From Candidatus Woesearchaeota archaeon (lineage in GTDB: Archaea > Nanobdellota > Nanobdellia > Pacearchaeales > GW2011-AR1), in assembly GCA_964516745.1 (NCBI GenBank), contig CAZEYD010000001.1, forward strand, positions 17,234 to 81,233: a DNA stretch of 64,000 nucleotides, read 5' to 3'. How positions within the stretch are numbered: the stretch's first letter is position 1; each line of letters starts with the position of its first letter. Positions 49,838-60,091 of the stretch are shown here, piece by piece. Position numbers and translations under genes: made by a program. Under the pieces are notes generated by a model. The model searched no databases. It saw nothing but the letters and a program-made list of their open reading frames with translations, and was not told where the DNA came from.

Positions 49838-51217
49838 ATGTTTGTAAACTATTATAAATCTTTAAAACCAGATATGTATATGAAAAAAAAAGGAAATGAT
49901 TATTATAAACCAAATTTTCATTTTCTTGCACCGTCAAATTGGATGAATGATCCAAATGGATTAATTTATCACAACAAAGAGTATCATATATTCTACCAAC
50001 ATAATCCAAAAACAAAACACTGGGGGAATATTCATTGGGGACATGCAAAAACAAAAGATTTCATCAACTGGGAACATCTACCAATTGCGTTATCTCCTTC
50101 AAAAGAGAAAAAAGAAAAACATTGTTTTTCCGGAACATGTATTATAGATAATAAAATACCTAAAATCTTATACACAAGTATAAATTCACTTACAAATGCA
50201 ATAAAAGGTTCAAGAATAAATCTAGCAATAGGTGATAAAGATTTATTAAACTGGAAAAAATATGAAAAAAACCCAGTTCTAATAAATAATTCCAAGCAAA
50301 CAAAAAAATATGTACAATGGCGAGATCCATTCACATGGAAAGAAAAAAATACATGGTATACAATAGTCGGATGCCAAAAATCATTAATAGGAAAAGGAAC
50401 AATACTTATTTACTCTTCAAATAATCTAACACAATGGAAATATGTCAGACACTTTATTGATAAAAAACTAGAATTCAATAAAACAATTGAATGTCCAAAC
50501 CTTTTCAAAATACAAAGTAACTATATTCTTTTCGCATCACCAATGAACAAAACAAAATATTCAATTGGAGAATTTCAAAATAATAAATTTCAATCCGAAA
50601 AATGGGAGACATTAGATCACGGGAAAGTATTCTACGCAGCAAACGGATTCAAAAATATAAAGAAACAATTAATATTTTTAGGATGGATTAAAAAAGGAGG
50701 GGAAAGTAATTGGAACGGTTGTTTGAGCATCCCAAGAATATTAACAACAAACAAAAAAAATCAAATTATGATAAAGCCTCACCCAAATCTTAAAAAATTA
50801 CGAAAGAACAGAGAATATATCAAAAACAAAATAATCAGCAAAGAGCAGCCATTAACACTAAAACAACAAAGCAACTGCTTCGAATTAGAAATTAAACTAA
50901 ATATACAAAACGATAACATAATCAGAATATGTCTTGGAGAAAAGCTTCTATTTAAATATAATAAAAAGAGAAAGAAAATATGTTCCGGAAAAGAAACAGG
51001 AACAATAGCTCAAAATAAAAATAAAATTAAAATTCATCTCTTCTTCGATAAATCAATAACAGAAACATTTCTAAACAACAAAGAAACAATCTCATCACGA
51101 ATATATCCAAACAAAAAAGATTCAAAAGATATCACAATAAAGACAAAAAACAAAACAATTATCTCAGAGCTTAATTTCTGGAAAATAACACCGGTGACGA
51201 TAAAAAATACAAACTAA
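49838..51217 (+). CDS. Glycoside hydrolase family 32 (beta-fructofuranosidase-like), cytoplasmic
   Basis: WMNDPNG, WGHA, FSG, WRDP, IECP; no signal peptide; start may be 49874 or 49880. Confidence 0.93.
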   Translation: MFVNYYKSLKPDMYMKKKGNDYYKPNFHFLAPSNWMNDPNGLIYHNKEYHIFYQHNPKTKHWGNIHWGHAKTKDFINWEHLPIALSPSKEKKEKHCFSGTCIIDNKIPKILYTSINSLTNAIKGSRINLAIGDKDLLNWKKYEKNPVLINNSKQTKKYVQWRDPFTWKEKNTWYTIVGCQKSLIGKGTILIYSSNNLTQWKYVRHFIDKKLEFNKTIECPNLFKIQSNYILFASPMNKTKYSIGEFQNNKFQSEKWETLDHGKVFYAANGFKNIKKQLIFLGWIKKGGESNWNGCLSIPRILTTNKKNQIMIKPHPNLKKLRKNREYIKNKIISKEQPLTLKQQSNCFELEIKLNIQNDNIIRICLGEKLLFKYNKKRKKICSGKETGTIAQNKNKIKIHLFFDKSITETFLNNKETISSRIYPNKKDSKDITIKTKNKTIISELNFWKITPVTIKNTN

Positions 51218-51234
51218 TATACTAAAATAAAAAT

Positions 51235-52242
51235 CTACTCCTTCCAACTTCTTAACTTTTCCTTAAATTTCTCCAAATCTTCTTTCTTAAACTGAGCACC
51301 AGCAGCTCTCTTATGTCCACCACTTTTAGCATCAGTACATTCACTCAATGCAAACTTCAACAATTTAGGCATATCAAAACTATCATCTTGCAAACGAGCA
51401 GAAACACTCAACTTTCCATTATCCTTAGAAGAGACAAAAATAAATATCTTGTTCGTATATTTCATGCTCAAATCATTTAACAAATAACCTTTAATTGGAA
51501 ACCTAGATTCAAAATGAAAATAATTTATAACACCTAACTTCTCAGCCTTCGTTTTATACAACTCCCTTTGCTTCTCTAACTCTCTCCTAATCTCCTCAGA
51601 GTATCCTCTAGCACTCGATAAATCATCGTACCTATCAATACTAAATAAAATATCAAAAGCCTTATCTTTTTCTTTATGGAAATAATTAATAACATCACTC
51701 AAGACATAAACAACATTAATCAAAAACCAATCCAAATCAAAAATCTTATCATCCAAAAACGAATTAATATATTCATTGTTCTCAGAATACTTATAACCAA
51801 CATCAGACAAAGTTCCAACAATACCCCACCAACTATCTTCGCCAATCAACTCATCAACAATTCTACTAGCAGGAAAGTATTTACCATCAGCAACATAACA
51901 TCCAATAATCCTCTCATCCAATTCTCCATCAAACTGATGATGATCAATATATAATATCTTATTTTCAAAAAGTAAACATTTATCTAAAATATCGGATATA
52001 CTTTTTTTCGATAAATCACAAAAAATAATCTTATTTGAATCTTTAAATAATTCGAAATCAAAATTATCACCATGACCCTGTGTAACATGAGATACTTTAG
52101 CTTCTTTTTTCAAACAAAAATTATACAATAAAATTCCAGAAGCAAAACCATCCAAATCATCATGATGAACAAGTAAAACATTATCACCCTGTTTTATATC
52201 ATTTAAAAATCTCTTAGCATTTTCAAAACCCTTCACTTTCAT
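51235..52242 (-). CDS. DHH/DHHA1 phosphoesterase (RecJ-like)
   Basis: HDDLDG, YIDHH, SGGHKRAAG. Confidence 0.9.
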   Translation of the reverse strand: MKVKGFENAKRFLNDIKQGDNVLLVHHDDLDGFASGILLYNFCLKKEAKVSHVTQGHGDNFDFELFKDSNKIIFCDLSKKSISDILDKCLLFENKILYIDHHQFDGELDERIIGCYVADGKYFPASRIVDELIGEDSWWGIVGTLSDVGYKYSENNEYINSFLDDKIFDLDWFLINVVYVLSDVINYFHKEKDKAFDILFSIDRYDDLSSARGYSEEIRRELEKQRELYKTKAEKLGVINYFHFESRFPIKGYLLNDLSMKYTNKIFIFVSSKDNGKLSVSARLQDDSFDMPKLLKFALSECTDAKSGGHKRAAGAQFKKEDLEKFKEKLRSWKE

Positions 52243-52345
52243 GATTAATATTACCCAGAACCTCTTTTTAAGAGTTTAGTTAAATCCTTTACTTCCGAGA
52301 ACGATTTATTTTAATATATCCCCATTCTACTTCATGAAAATCAGA

Positions 52346-53683
52346 TTACTCAAACTCTTTCCCAATTTCCAAAATCTTTTTCTCATCAAACCGCCTACCA
52401 ATAACCTGCAAACCTACTTCCTCATCACCATGTCTCAATCCAGGTATACTAACAGCAGGCAAACCAGAAATATTAGCCAAACAAGTCAAAACATCATAAT
52501 TCATCATATCCTCTAAACTCACTTCCTCGCCAATCTTATGAGCCACTCTCGGAACAGTAGGTAAAACTAAAAAATCACATTGTTCAAATAACTTATCAAA
52601 ATCTTGCTTAATTTTTTCCCTAGCTCTTAAGGCATCATGATAATATTTACCCTCAAATTCAGCCTGAGAAACTTCCTTACCACCTAAAATTCTTCTCAGG
52701 ACTTCGGGACCACCGAACTTATCAATATTTTTACCAAACCTACGACCATCAAACTTTCTTGTCCCAGAAAAAAACTCACAATAAACAATAATATAATATG
52801 TCTCAACCGAAATATCAAGTGGTAACTTTACTTTTTTAATTTTATATCCATTCTCCTTAGCAAACTTTTCTGCCTTAGTATTAATCATGTCAGCAATTTC
52901 AGAATTACAAAAACCTTCGACATCAACCAAGCCAAGAATTTTATTCTCACCACCATCAAAAACTTCATCACTAGTAGTATTATCAAAATTATCTTGTCCC
53001 TTAATAACATCAAAGATTAATTCAACATCCTCAACACTATTAGCTAAAGGACCAATACAATCAAAACTCATACACATATCAATCAAACCATAACGACTAA
53101 CAACACCATAAGACGGTTTCAAACCAACAACGCCACAATGACTAGCAGGGACACGAATAGACCCACCAGTATCACTACCCAAAGAAAAATCACACATCCC
53201 AGCAGCAACAGCAGCAGTAGAACCAGAAGACGAACCACCAGCAACCAACTCAAAATTTCTAGGATTCTTCGTAGGACCAAACGCCGAAGTCTCACCACTC
53301 CAACCACAAGCAAACTCATCCATATTCGCCATTCCAATAACAATAGCATCCTCAGCCAACAACTTATTTATCACACTAGCATTAAACGGCGAAACATACC
53401 CTTCCAAAACCTTACTCGCACAATTAGTTTCCATTCCCTTAACAGAAATACAACTCTTCACGGCAAAACACAAACCAGCCAACTTCCCAACATCACCACC
53501 CTTCTTAATCCTAGCATCAATTTCCTTAGCAAGTTCAATAGCCTCATTATTCAAACTCAAAAAGATATTCAAATCAGTATTTTTATCCTCAATCTTCTTC
53601 CCAAAATCCATTACATTCTCAACAGCACTAAACTTACCAGATTTAATATAATCAATTTTTTCCTGCAAACTCTTAAACACCAT
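52346..53683 (-). CDS. gatA: Asp/Glu-tRNA amidotransferase subunit A (amidase signature)
   Basis: FAVKSCI, ANMDEFA, GGSSSGS, GSDTGGSIR, LKPSYGVVSRYG, LRRILGG. Confidence 0.9.
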   Translation of the reverse strand: MVFKSLQEKIDYIKSGKFSAVENVMDFGKKIEDKNTDLNIFLSLNNEAIELAKEIDARIKKGGDVGKLAGLCFAVKSCISVKGMETNCASKVLEGYVSPFNASVINKLLAEDAIVIGMANMDEFACGWSGETSAFGPTKNPRNFELVAGGSSSGSTAAVAAGMCDFSLGSDTGGSIRVPASHCGVVGLKPSYGVVSRYGLIDMCMSFDCIGPLANSVEDVELIFDVIKGQDNFDNTTSDEVFDGGENKILGLVDVEGFCNSEIADMINTKAEKFAKENGYKIKKVKLPLDISVETYYIIVYCEFFSGTRKFDGRRFGKNIDKFGGPEVLRRILGGKEVSQAEFEGKYYHDALRAREKIKQDFDKLFEQCDFLVLPTVPRVAHKIGEEVSLEDMMNYDVLTCLANISGLPAVSIPGLRHGDEEVGLQVIGRRFDEKKILEIGKEFE

Positions 53684-53777
53684 AAAAGAAATAACAATTA
53701 AACATTTTTAACTTCTTTGGTTAAAAAACTCATTACATCCAAAAATTTATAAGCCACTTCTTTCTTGTTGGTTATAT

Positions 53778-53860
53778 GTGGGAGTGCCGGAGTGGCCAAA
53801 CGGGCTGGACTTAAGATCCAGTGGCTTATGCCTACGGGGGTTCGAATCCTCTCTCCCACA
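53778..53860 (+). tRNA. tRNA-Leu(UAA)
   Basis: GTGGGAG/CTCCCAC, CTGGA-CTTAAGA-TCCAG, long variable arm, GGGGG-TTCGAAT-CCTCT. Confidence 0.95.
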
Positions 53861-53991
53861 TTTTTTAGAACCACCATAACGAGAGTTTGAGTATCTTTAC
53901 TTGAATTTATATGGTTTTACTAAATTTCAGAATGAAGTACGAAAAAAATCTTATTTACTACATAAACTCAAATATATAAAAGAAAATAATT

Positions 53992-54516
53992 TTAATTCTT
54001 CAAATCATAACCCAACTTAAAAATGAACCTATCCCATCGACCCATCTTTTTACCATTATAAGGACCACCCATTCTATTTGTACGATAAGCATTAACAATT
54101 TTCATAATATCTTTAGCAGCTATTTCAGAAGCATTAGCTCTTCTTTTTTCTGTTTTTCCATTATGTTCAATACGCTCGGTTAATGCATAATAAAAATTTT
54201 GTATTTTATATGATTTTCTCAAATATCTAACTGCATCAGGTATAGACCATTCAGTATAATTTATCTTTGGTAGAACTTCATTCCAACTACCAAGTTTTGC
54301 TCCATTCTCATGGGCAAAATCTAAGATACGACTACAAGCAGTAGCTCTAGCATTCTCACCATACACTGGATCTTCATTCTCTTCAATATATCCAACATAT
54401 TCATCAAGATATTTTTTCATTTCACGTTTATTAGACATATTTCTAACAGTATACGCAACATTAACCATTTTAGAATAATCCCCGAACCTATCTTTATCCA
54501 AATTTTTTTCACTCAT
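53992..54516 (-). CDS. Hypothetical protein (174 aa)
   Basis: Clean ORF, no motif recognised. Confidence 0.7.
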   Translation of the reverse strand: MSEKNLDKDRFGDYSKMVNVAYTVRNMSNKREMKKYLDEYVGYIEENEDPVYGENARATACSRILDFAHENGAKLGSWNEVLPKINYTEWSIPDAVRYLRKSYKIQNFYYALTERIEHNGKTEKRRANASEIAAKDIMKIVNAYRTNRMGGPYNGKKMGRWDRFIFKLGYDLKN

Positions 54517-54737
54517 TATTAGAAATATTATAAAGACTTTATAAATATTCTTGGTATTGTCACTTTATAATTAATATAACGTCCCAACCGGATATTTCAA
54601 AAAAGTTCAATGTTCTTAACTAGCCTATATAAGATCTTGACACTTTTTAATATTAATATTAATACTAATATTACGTTTATAAATTTAGTCTTTAGTCAGA
54701 ATTTGAAAAATTATTATAGAAAAGATTTAAATATCAA

Positions 54738-54763
54738 CATTTGTATTCATTTGTATTCATTTG
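54738..54763. promoter_or_regulatory. Tandem 10-bp repeat, candidate RHH operator
   Basis: CATTTGTATT CATTTGTATT CATTTG directly before the GGAGG SD of the RHH gene. Confidence 0.55.
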
Positions 54764-54772
54764 GAGGTTTTA

Positions 54773-54913
54773 ATGGAAGAAAATAATAAAAAAAATGTAA
54801 CTTTATATCTTAATTCTAAATTATATGAAGATTATGCTGAATATTGTAAAAAGGAGGGTCTTGCACTGTCAAGACAGATAGAGAGATTTATCGAGTCTTC
54901 ATTAAAAGAATAA
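54773..54913 (+). CDS. Ribbon-helix-helix (CopG-like) regulator, 46 aa, not in the ORF track
   Basis: MEENNKKNVTLYLNSKLYEDYAEYCKKEGLALSRQIERFIESSLKE; GGAGG SD; stop abuts the MTase ATG. Confidence 0.85.
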   Translation: MEENNKKNVTLYLNSKLYEDYAEYCKKEGLALSRQIERFIESSLKE

Positions 54914-55918
54914 ATGGCCATTAACAATTATAATGTAGCAGATTTATTCTCTGGTGTAGGGGGATTATCCCTGGGATTTAAAGAAAATGGATTTGACTTA
55001 ATTTTTGGTAACGATGTAGATGAAAATGCGGCAAAGACATTTCTTCATAACCATCCAGAAACACCTTTTCATTTAGGTGATGTTAAGGAGATTGATGAAA
55101 AATTATTGAATAAAAAACTAAATGACAAAAAAGTTGATGTATTAGTTGGGGGTGTTCCTTGCCAGTCTTTTTCGATGGTAGGATATAGAACTACCAAAAA
55201 GGATGCAAATCTAAATGACCCAAGACATTACCTATTTAGAGAATTTATAAGAGTTGCAAGTATTTTAAAACCAAAAGTTGTCATAATTGAAAATGTTAAA
55301 GCAATATTATCAAGTCATGATGGAAAAATAAGGGAAGAAATTATTAGGGGCCTAGAGGAGCTGGGCTATGAAGTAGATTGTAAAATATTAAATGCGGCAG
55401 ATTATGGTGCTCCGCAACTTAGAGAAAGAGCAATATTCATAGGTAATCTTCTGGGTAAAAAAAATATATTCCCAAAAAAAACAAATACCTCAGAAAATTG
55501 GGCTACTATTAAAGACGCATTTAAAGAGCTACCAAAAGAAAATCACGAACCAAAAAAATTGAGCGGAGTTGTCCTTGAAAGAGTTAAGATTATTAAACAA
55601 GGTGAAAACTGGAAATCGTTACCCAAAGAACTTCAAACAGGATCAAAGCATAGTGGGGCCTATGGAAGATTGCACCCAGATATGCCTTCAAGAACATTAA
55701 CAACAAGATTTGATACACCTCCAGGAGGATATGTTACGCATCCGACAGAAAATAGAGCAATTACAGTTAGAGAGGGCGCAAGAATACAGGGGTTTCCTGA
55801 TGACTTTGTTTTTCTCGGAGGTCGTTCATCACAATATAAGCAGGTAGGTAATGCCGTTGCAGTAGATGTTTCAAGGGCACTTGCAAAAGAAATTAGGAGG
55901 ATGTTGGATGAAGTATAA
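54914..55918 (+). CDS. DNA cytosine-C5 methyltransferase
   Basis: DLFSGVGG, GGVPCQSFS, ENV, QLRER, TVREGARIQGFPD, QVGNAV. Confidence 0.96.
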   Translation: MAINNYNVADLFSGVGGLSLGFKENGFDLIFGNDVDENAAKTFLHNHPETPFHLGDVKEIDEKLLNKKLNDKKVDVLVGGVPCQSFSMVGYRTTKKDANLNDPRHYLFREFIRVASILKPKVVIIENVKAILSSHDGKIREEIIRGLEELGYEVDCKILNAADYGAPQLRERAIFIGNLLGKKNIFPKKTNTSENWATIKDAFKELPKENHEPKKLSGVVLERVKIIKQGENWKSLPKELQTGSKHSGAYGRLHPDMPSRTLTTRFDTPPGGYVTHPTENRAITVREGARIQGFPDDFVFLGGRSSQYKQVGNAVAVDVSRALAKEIRRMLDEV

Positions 55919-56651
55919 TTCATTCATTAATTTAAAGAAAGATTGTTATATTTCTAATGGAGATTCGTTGGAAATAATAAAAGAAATTGATGATAATTCA
56001 GTGAATTTAATTTTAACAGACCCGCCTTACAACCTAGGAAAATTTATGAATAATAGAGGAACAAATATGGGAAAACTTAGAGAAAATCATTTTTCAGCTA
56101 CAGACTGGGACCATCTAACTTATGAAGACTGGGCTAAAAAAATGGATCAGTTTTTAGAGAACTCTGCAAGAGTCATAATGAATGGAGGTTCAATGATTAT
56201 TTTTATGTCTCTTATGAAGGTTGAATCAATAATTAAATTAGCAGAGAAACATGGGTTTTACTATAAAACTACAGGAATATGGCATAAAAAAAATCCTATT
56301 CCGCGAAATATGAATCTACACTTTGTTAATTCTACAGAAGGGTGGATTTATTTTACTTACAAAAAGAAGACGGGCGTATTTAACAATGAAAAAAAACTAG
56401 AGCATGATTTTTTTGAATCTGGGTTAACTCCAGGTTCTGAAAAGCGCCATGGTGGACACCCAACACAAAAACCTGAAATTTTGATAAAACATTTTATAAA
56501 ATTATTATCAAATGAAAATGATGTTGTACTTGATCCATTTATGGGAAGTGGGACCACTGGTAAAGTAGCTTCTGAAATGAATAGAAAATTTATAGGAATA
56601 GAGCTATCTGATAAATATTTTAAAATGTCTAAAGAAAGGATTCTTGGTTAA
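55908..56651 (+). CDS. DNA N4-cytosine/N6-adenine methyltransferase (beta class)
   Basis: TDPPYN, HPTQKP, VLDPFMGSGTT; AGGAGG SD supports the ATG at 55908. Confidence 0.95.
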   Translation: MKYNSFINLKKDCYISNGDSLEIIKEIDDNSVNLILTDPPYNLGKFMNNRGTNMGKLRENHFSATDWDHLTYEDWAKKMDQFLENSARVIMNGGSMIIFMSLMKVESIIKLAEKHGFYYKTTGIWHKKNPIPRNMNLHFVNSTEGWIYFTYKKKTGVFNNEKKLEHDFFESGLTPGSEKRHGGHPTQKPEILIKHFIKLLSNENDVVLDPFMGSGTTGKVASEMNRKFIGIELSDKYFKMSKERILG

Positions 56652-59188
56652 TCTTCATGAAATTTCAATAAGCTTTTAGAAGAATAGAGCATTTTTTTAT
56701 AACCCGAATCATCATCATCTGTATAAGTAATTAAATTTCCACTTTTTATAAGTTTATTAAATTTTTCCACTTTTTCTGATAGCTCTTTATAATACTCTTC
56801 CTTTAGAATAATCTTATCTTTACTCCAACTAAAATATTTATTATATATTAACACATTAAAGAATCTCTTATCGGCCTTATTTTTTTGATTAAGGAGTTTT
56901 TCAATCTCAAGTTTTTCTTCATCCTCCCTATATAATACAATCTTCTCAACAACTTCATTTATCTCATTATGTTTTTTAGCTAAGATTAAAAAGTTATTTA
57001 TCTCAAATTTAGATAGTGAGGGATTTTCATATCCATATTTATCTTTCAACAAGGTTAGAACTTCATACACAAAAAATAATGGATATAAATTAAAGTAAAC
57101 ATTTATTGGTTGCCTTTTACTTGCTTCTACATGACGGTTAGTTAAACTAAATATATTATTCCAGAAATAAAACTTTTCAAGTTGATTTGTTAAAACTTCT
57201 TCAATATTTTTATCATTAATTGATTTAAATGCATCACTTAATTCCATGGGCTTGTCATTTTTAAGGAATCCAAATAATTTACTTAGGAATAAAGCCCTAA
57301 CTCCCTCAAGAGTTTTAGAGGGAAATTCTTTCTTAGATTCTTCTCTAAGTATCTTGGATAATTCTTCAAAAGAACCTGTTTTTAATTTATCTTTAATAAG
57401 ATTCAAACCCCATATTTGAACTTCCATATTCCCAGTTTTATTTCCAAGTTTCCATATTAACTTAACTCCTTCTTTCGTGTTCTCTTCAACAAAATCCCCA
57501 TAATTTTTCCATTCTTCGTCAAGCACCTCTGTCCTAACTCTCTTTGTAGCCCTACTAGTCATAATTCTAAATATTTTTACAACTTCACCTTCAAATATAA
57601 CTCTTCTCCCATCATTATCAAAATAATAAATATCTTTTTCTTTGTCATAAGTTAGATCCCCTACCCCCCCTATTCCCAACGCTGGTAAAATTTTATGAGC
57701 CGTTTGGTAGTTTCCAATAAAATCTAAGATTAACACCCCTCTTTTTCCTGGAGAAATCCTTAGTCCCCTTCCTATCTGCTGGGTTAATATATTTACAGAT
57801 TCAGTTGGTCTTAGTAGGAGTAAGCATTCGACATCTGGGAAATCTACACCCTCATTAAACATATTTACAGTAAATGCTACCTTGTATTTCCCATTTGCAA
57901 ACTCATCAACTAATTTATCCCTATCTCTTTCATTAATTTCAAGATCTGGATTATCTAATTTAGAATGGATTGCTACTGCCTTTATGCCTGCTTCATTGAA
58001 TACTTTTGCGCACCAATTAGCATGCTCAATTGAACTACAAAATCCTATAGTTTTTTTATCACTAGCAAGCTCCTGGTATTTATCAATAATTGCCTTATCT
58101 CTTTCCTCTATCATTAATGCCTTATTCAAATCGTTTGCATCATAACGAAAACCATTGAAAAATATATTTGTATAATCAACATTATCCAAAAATCCAAGAT
58201 AATTAATATTTGTTAAAAAACCCTTTTTTACCGCTTCTTCTTGGTCCATTTGAAAAACTAGATTATCATCATAAAAATTAAGAATATCTTGCTGGTCTGT
58301 TCTATCTGGTGTTGCTGTTAATCCAAGAAAAAATTTGGGATTAAAATAATTAAATACTTTTTTATAAGTAGGCGCTGCAACGTGGTGCGTCTCATCAAAT
58401 ATCATATAGTCAAAGTGGTCTTTTTTAAAAGATTTGAGATGTTTGTCCTGAGTTAGTGTTTGAATTGTCGAAAAAAGAATATTTTTATCTTTATCCAGGT
58501 TGCCTTGTCCAAGAAACCCCATCTCCGTAACTCTCCCAGGCATTAATTGTTCAAAAGAGTTTCTAGTTTTTCTTAATATTGTAAAGTCGTGAACGATAAA
58601 ACATATTTTCTTAGATTTCATTTGCAGTGAATCAAAAATACTCAGAAAGGTTTTCCCCAGTCCAGTTGCTAAAACAACCAGTCCCTTATCTTTTCCATCT
58701 TCCCTGGTTAAATCTAGCTTCTCTAAAACTGTTTCTTGAACTTCTGAGGGCTGAACGCTTCCCTTATTTCTTCTTAAGAATATACCGTAAAGTTGCTCAT
58801 CTGCAATAAAATCCCTCCTTAATTGGTAAATTGCTTCTTCTGGAGTCTCAACAATTTGGTCTCTTGAAAGTTCAATGTAAATATAACCCTGTCTCCTAAT
58901 TTCATTAGACTTTCTGAGTAATTCATTATATCTATCCCTGTCAACTCTCCCAGGAGCATGATAATTAAACCCGTTACATTCTATAGCATATTTAGCAAAC
59001 TTTGTTTTTATCACAAAATCTATTCTCCAAAGTTTATCTGAACCATCATTTCTTGAAATATTAACTTCAGGTAAAATAAAGTCCAATCCCTTGTCTCCAA
59101 GATCTCTGTAATAAATGGTTTTTAAAAATAAAGTCTCCAAGTATCCCATCTTCTTGCCATGCTTGCTCATAAATTCTATTAATTTCAT
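56648..59188 (-). CDS. Restriction-type fusion: DUF559-like PD-(D/E)XK nuclease, SF2 (ResIII-like) helicase, AlwI-like recognition domain
   Basis: WRIDF...IECNGFNYH; LATGLGKT, FDETHH, GLTATP, MFNEGVD, QQIGRGLR; C-terminal NQLEKFY...YPL...LSKFEI...IVLYR pattern. Confidence 0.8.
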   Translation of the reverse strand: MKLIEFMSKHGKKMGYLETLFLKTIYYRDLGDKGLDFILPEVNISRNDGSDKLWRIDFVIKTKFAKYAIECNGFNYHAPGRVDRDRYNELLRKSNEIRRQGYIYIELSRDQIVETPEEAIYQLRRDFIADEQLYGIFLRRNKGSVQPSEVQETVLEKLDLTREDGKDKGLVVLATGLGKTFLSIFDSLQMKSKKICFIVHDFTILRKTRNSFEQLMPGRVTEMGFLGQGNLDKDKNILFSTIQTLTQDKHLKSFKKDHFDYMIFDETHHVAAPTYKKVFNYFNPKFFLGLTATPDRTDQQDILNFYDDNLVFQMDQEEAVKKGFLTNINYLGFLDNVDYTNIFFNGFRYDANDLNKALMIEERDKAIIDKYQELASDKKTIGFCSSIEHANWCAKVFNEAGIKAVAIHSKLDNPDLEINERDRDKLVDEFANGKYKVAFTVNMFNEGVDFPDVECLLLLRPTESVNILTQQIGRGLRISPGKRGVLILDFIGNYQTAHKILPALGIGGVGDLTYDKEKDIYYFDNDGRRVIFEGEVVKIFRIMTSRATKRVRTEVLDEEWKNYGDFVEENTKEGVKLIWKLGNKTGNMEVQIWGLNLIKDKLKTGSFEELSKILREESKKEFPSKTLEGVRALFLSKLFGFLKNDKPMELSDAFKSINDKNIEEVLTNQLEKFYFWNNIFSLTNRHVEASKRQPINVYFNLYPLFFVYEVLTLLKDKYGYENPSLSKFEINNFLILAKKHNEINEVVEKIVLYREDEEKLEIEKLLNQKNKADKRFFNVLIYNKYFSWSKDKIILKEEYYKELSEKVEKFNKLIKSGNLITYTDDDDSGYKKMLYSSKSLLKFHED

Positions 59189-59233
59189 TTTTTGTTTGTT
59201 AATCAGTCCGTTGTCTTAAGTTTACTGCACTAT

Positions 59234-60091
59234 TTAACGATTCCTCCCTTTCTCATCAACCTGAGTTGTTTTCATTATATTTTTAAAAATTTCAATTACC
59301 TTATCACTTGATTTGACTATCCCCATATTCCCATCATAATCAAAGAAATTCATGTCTGTATGAGGTTTACAATCTGGATATCTTGGGGTATTCCAGTGGG
59401 GGAAAGTTATCAAACTTATTAGATGTAATTTCATGCCAAGAAACATATTGTCTATATATTGGTTGATATTTTTTTTATCAATTGCTTCTTTTATTTGTGA
59501 ATTTCTTATTCTAAACTTTGTTAATCGATTTAAAACTTGTTTTAAGAAATTCATAGATTTTCTTTTTCTAATTTTTTTGTCTATTTTTTTAATTGAGTCC
59601 TCAGTTTTTAATTTTTTTTCTAATCCCTCAATAAATTCGATTAATCCTAAAATTTCATGATCTTTCATGTTTCTTAGCTCATCTTCGTTCTTTTTTATAA
59701 TTTCTAATTTTTCCTCAAATCCATTAGTTGAAAATTCTTTATTATTTAATGAATTGACTAGTTCAAACAATTCATTTATATCATCTATTTTTGTGACTTC
59801 TTTCTTTAATCTATTAATAATAAATTCATGCCCCCTTGCTTCTTCGGGAGACATCCTTCCAGAATCTATGTAAAATCCTTTCGTTATTTTTTCAAAGGCT
59901 TGTTCAATGTGATAGATTCCTCCTGCGTAGTATTCCTTTTCAAGAAGAATTTCAGATATTTCAATATCGTTTTGTGCAATTGCATACCATTTATCTGCAA
60001 TTTTCTTATTTTCAATAGAAACCTTTGCATATTGATTAATTTTCTGCATAAATTTTTCAAAACTTACATATTCAGATTCTCTGAACATCAT
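59234..60091 (-). CDS. HEPN-domain protein with helical insertion
   Basis: WYAIAQNDI...YHIEQAFEKITKG, GH, C-terminal PRYP. Confidence 0.8.
   Translation of the reverse strand: MMFRESEYVSFEKFMQKINQYAKVSIENKKIADKWYAIAQNDIEISEILLEKEYYAGGIYHIEQAFEKITKGFYIDSGRMSPEEARGHEFIINRLKKEVTKIDDINELFELVNSLNNKEFSTNGFEEKLEIIKKNEDELRNMKDHEILGLIEFIEGLEKKLKTEDSIKKIDKKIRKRKSMNFLKQVLNRLTKFRIRNSQIKEAIDKKNINQYIDNMFLGMKLHLISLITFPHWNTPRYPDCKPHTDMNFFDYDGNMGIVKSSDKVIEIFKNIMKTTQVDEKGRNR

Noticed and set aside
53138-53701. 187-aa antisense ORF within gatA, and the many other short antisense or shadow ORFs in the track
   Set aside because: Thr/Asn/Ser/Ile-rich shadows expected from the strong strand skew; no motifs
54580-54600. 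CGTCCCAACCGGA as an att remnant of another tRNA at the island's left side
   Set aside because: It does not match any tRNA in the window and is too short to support
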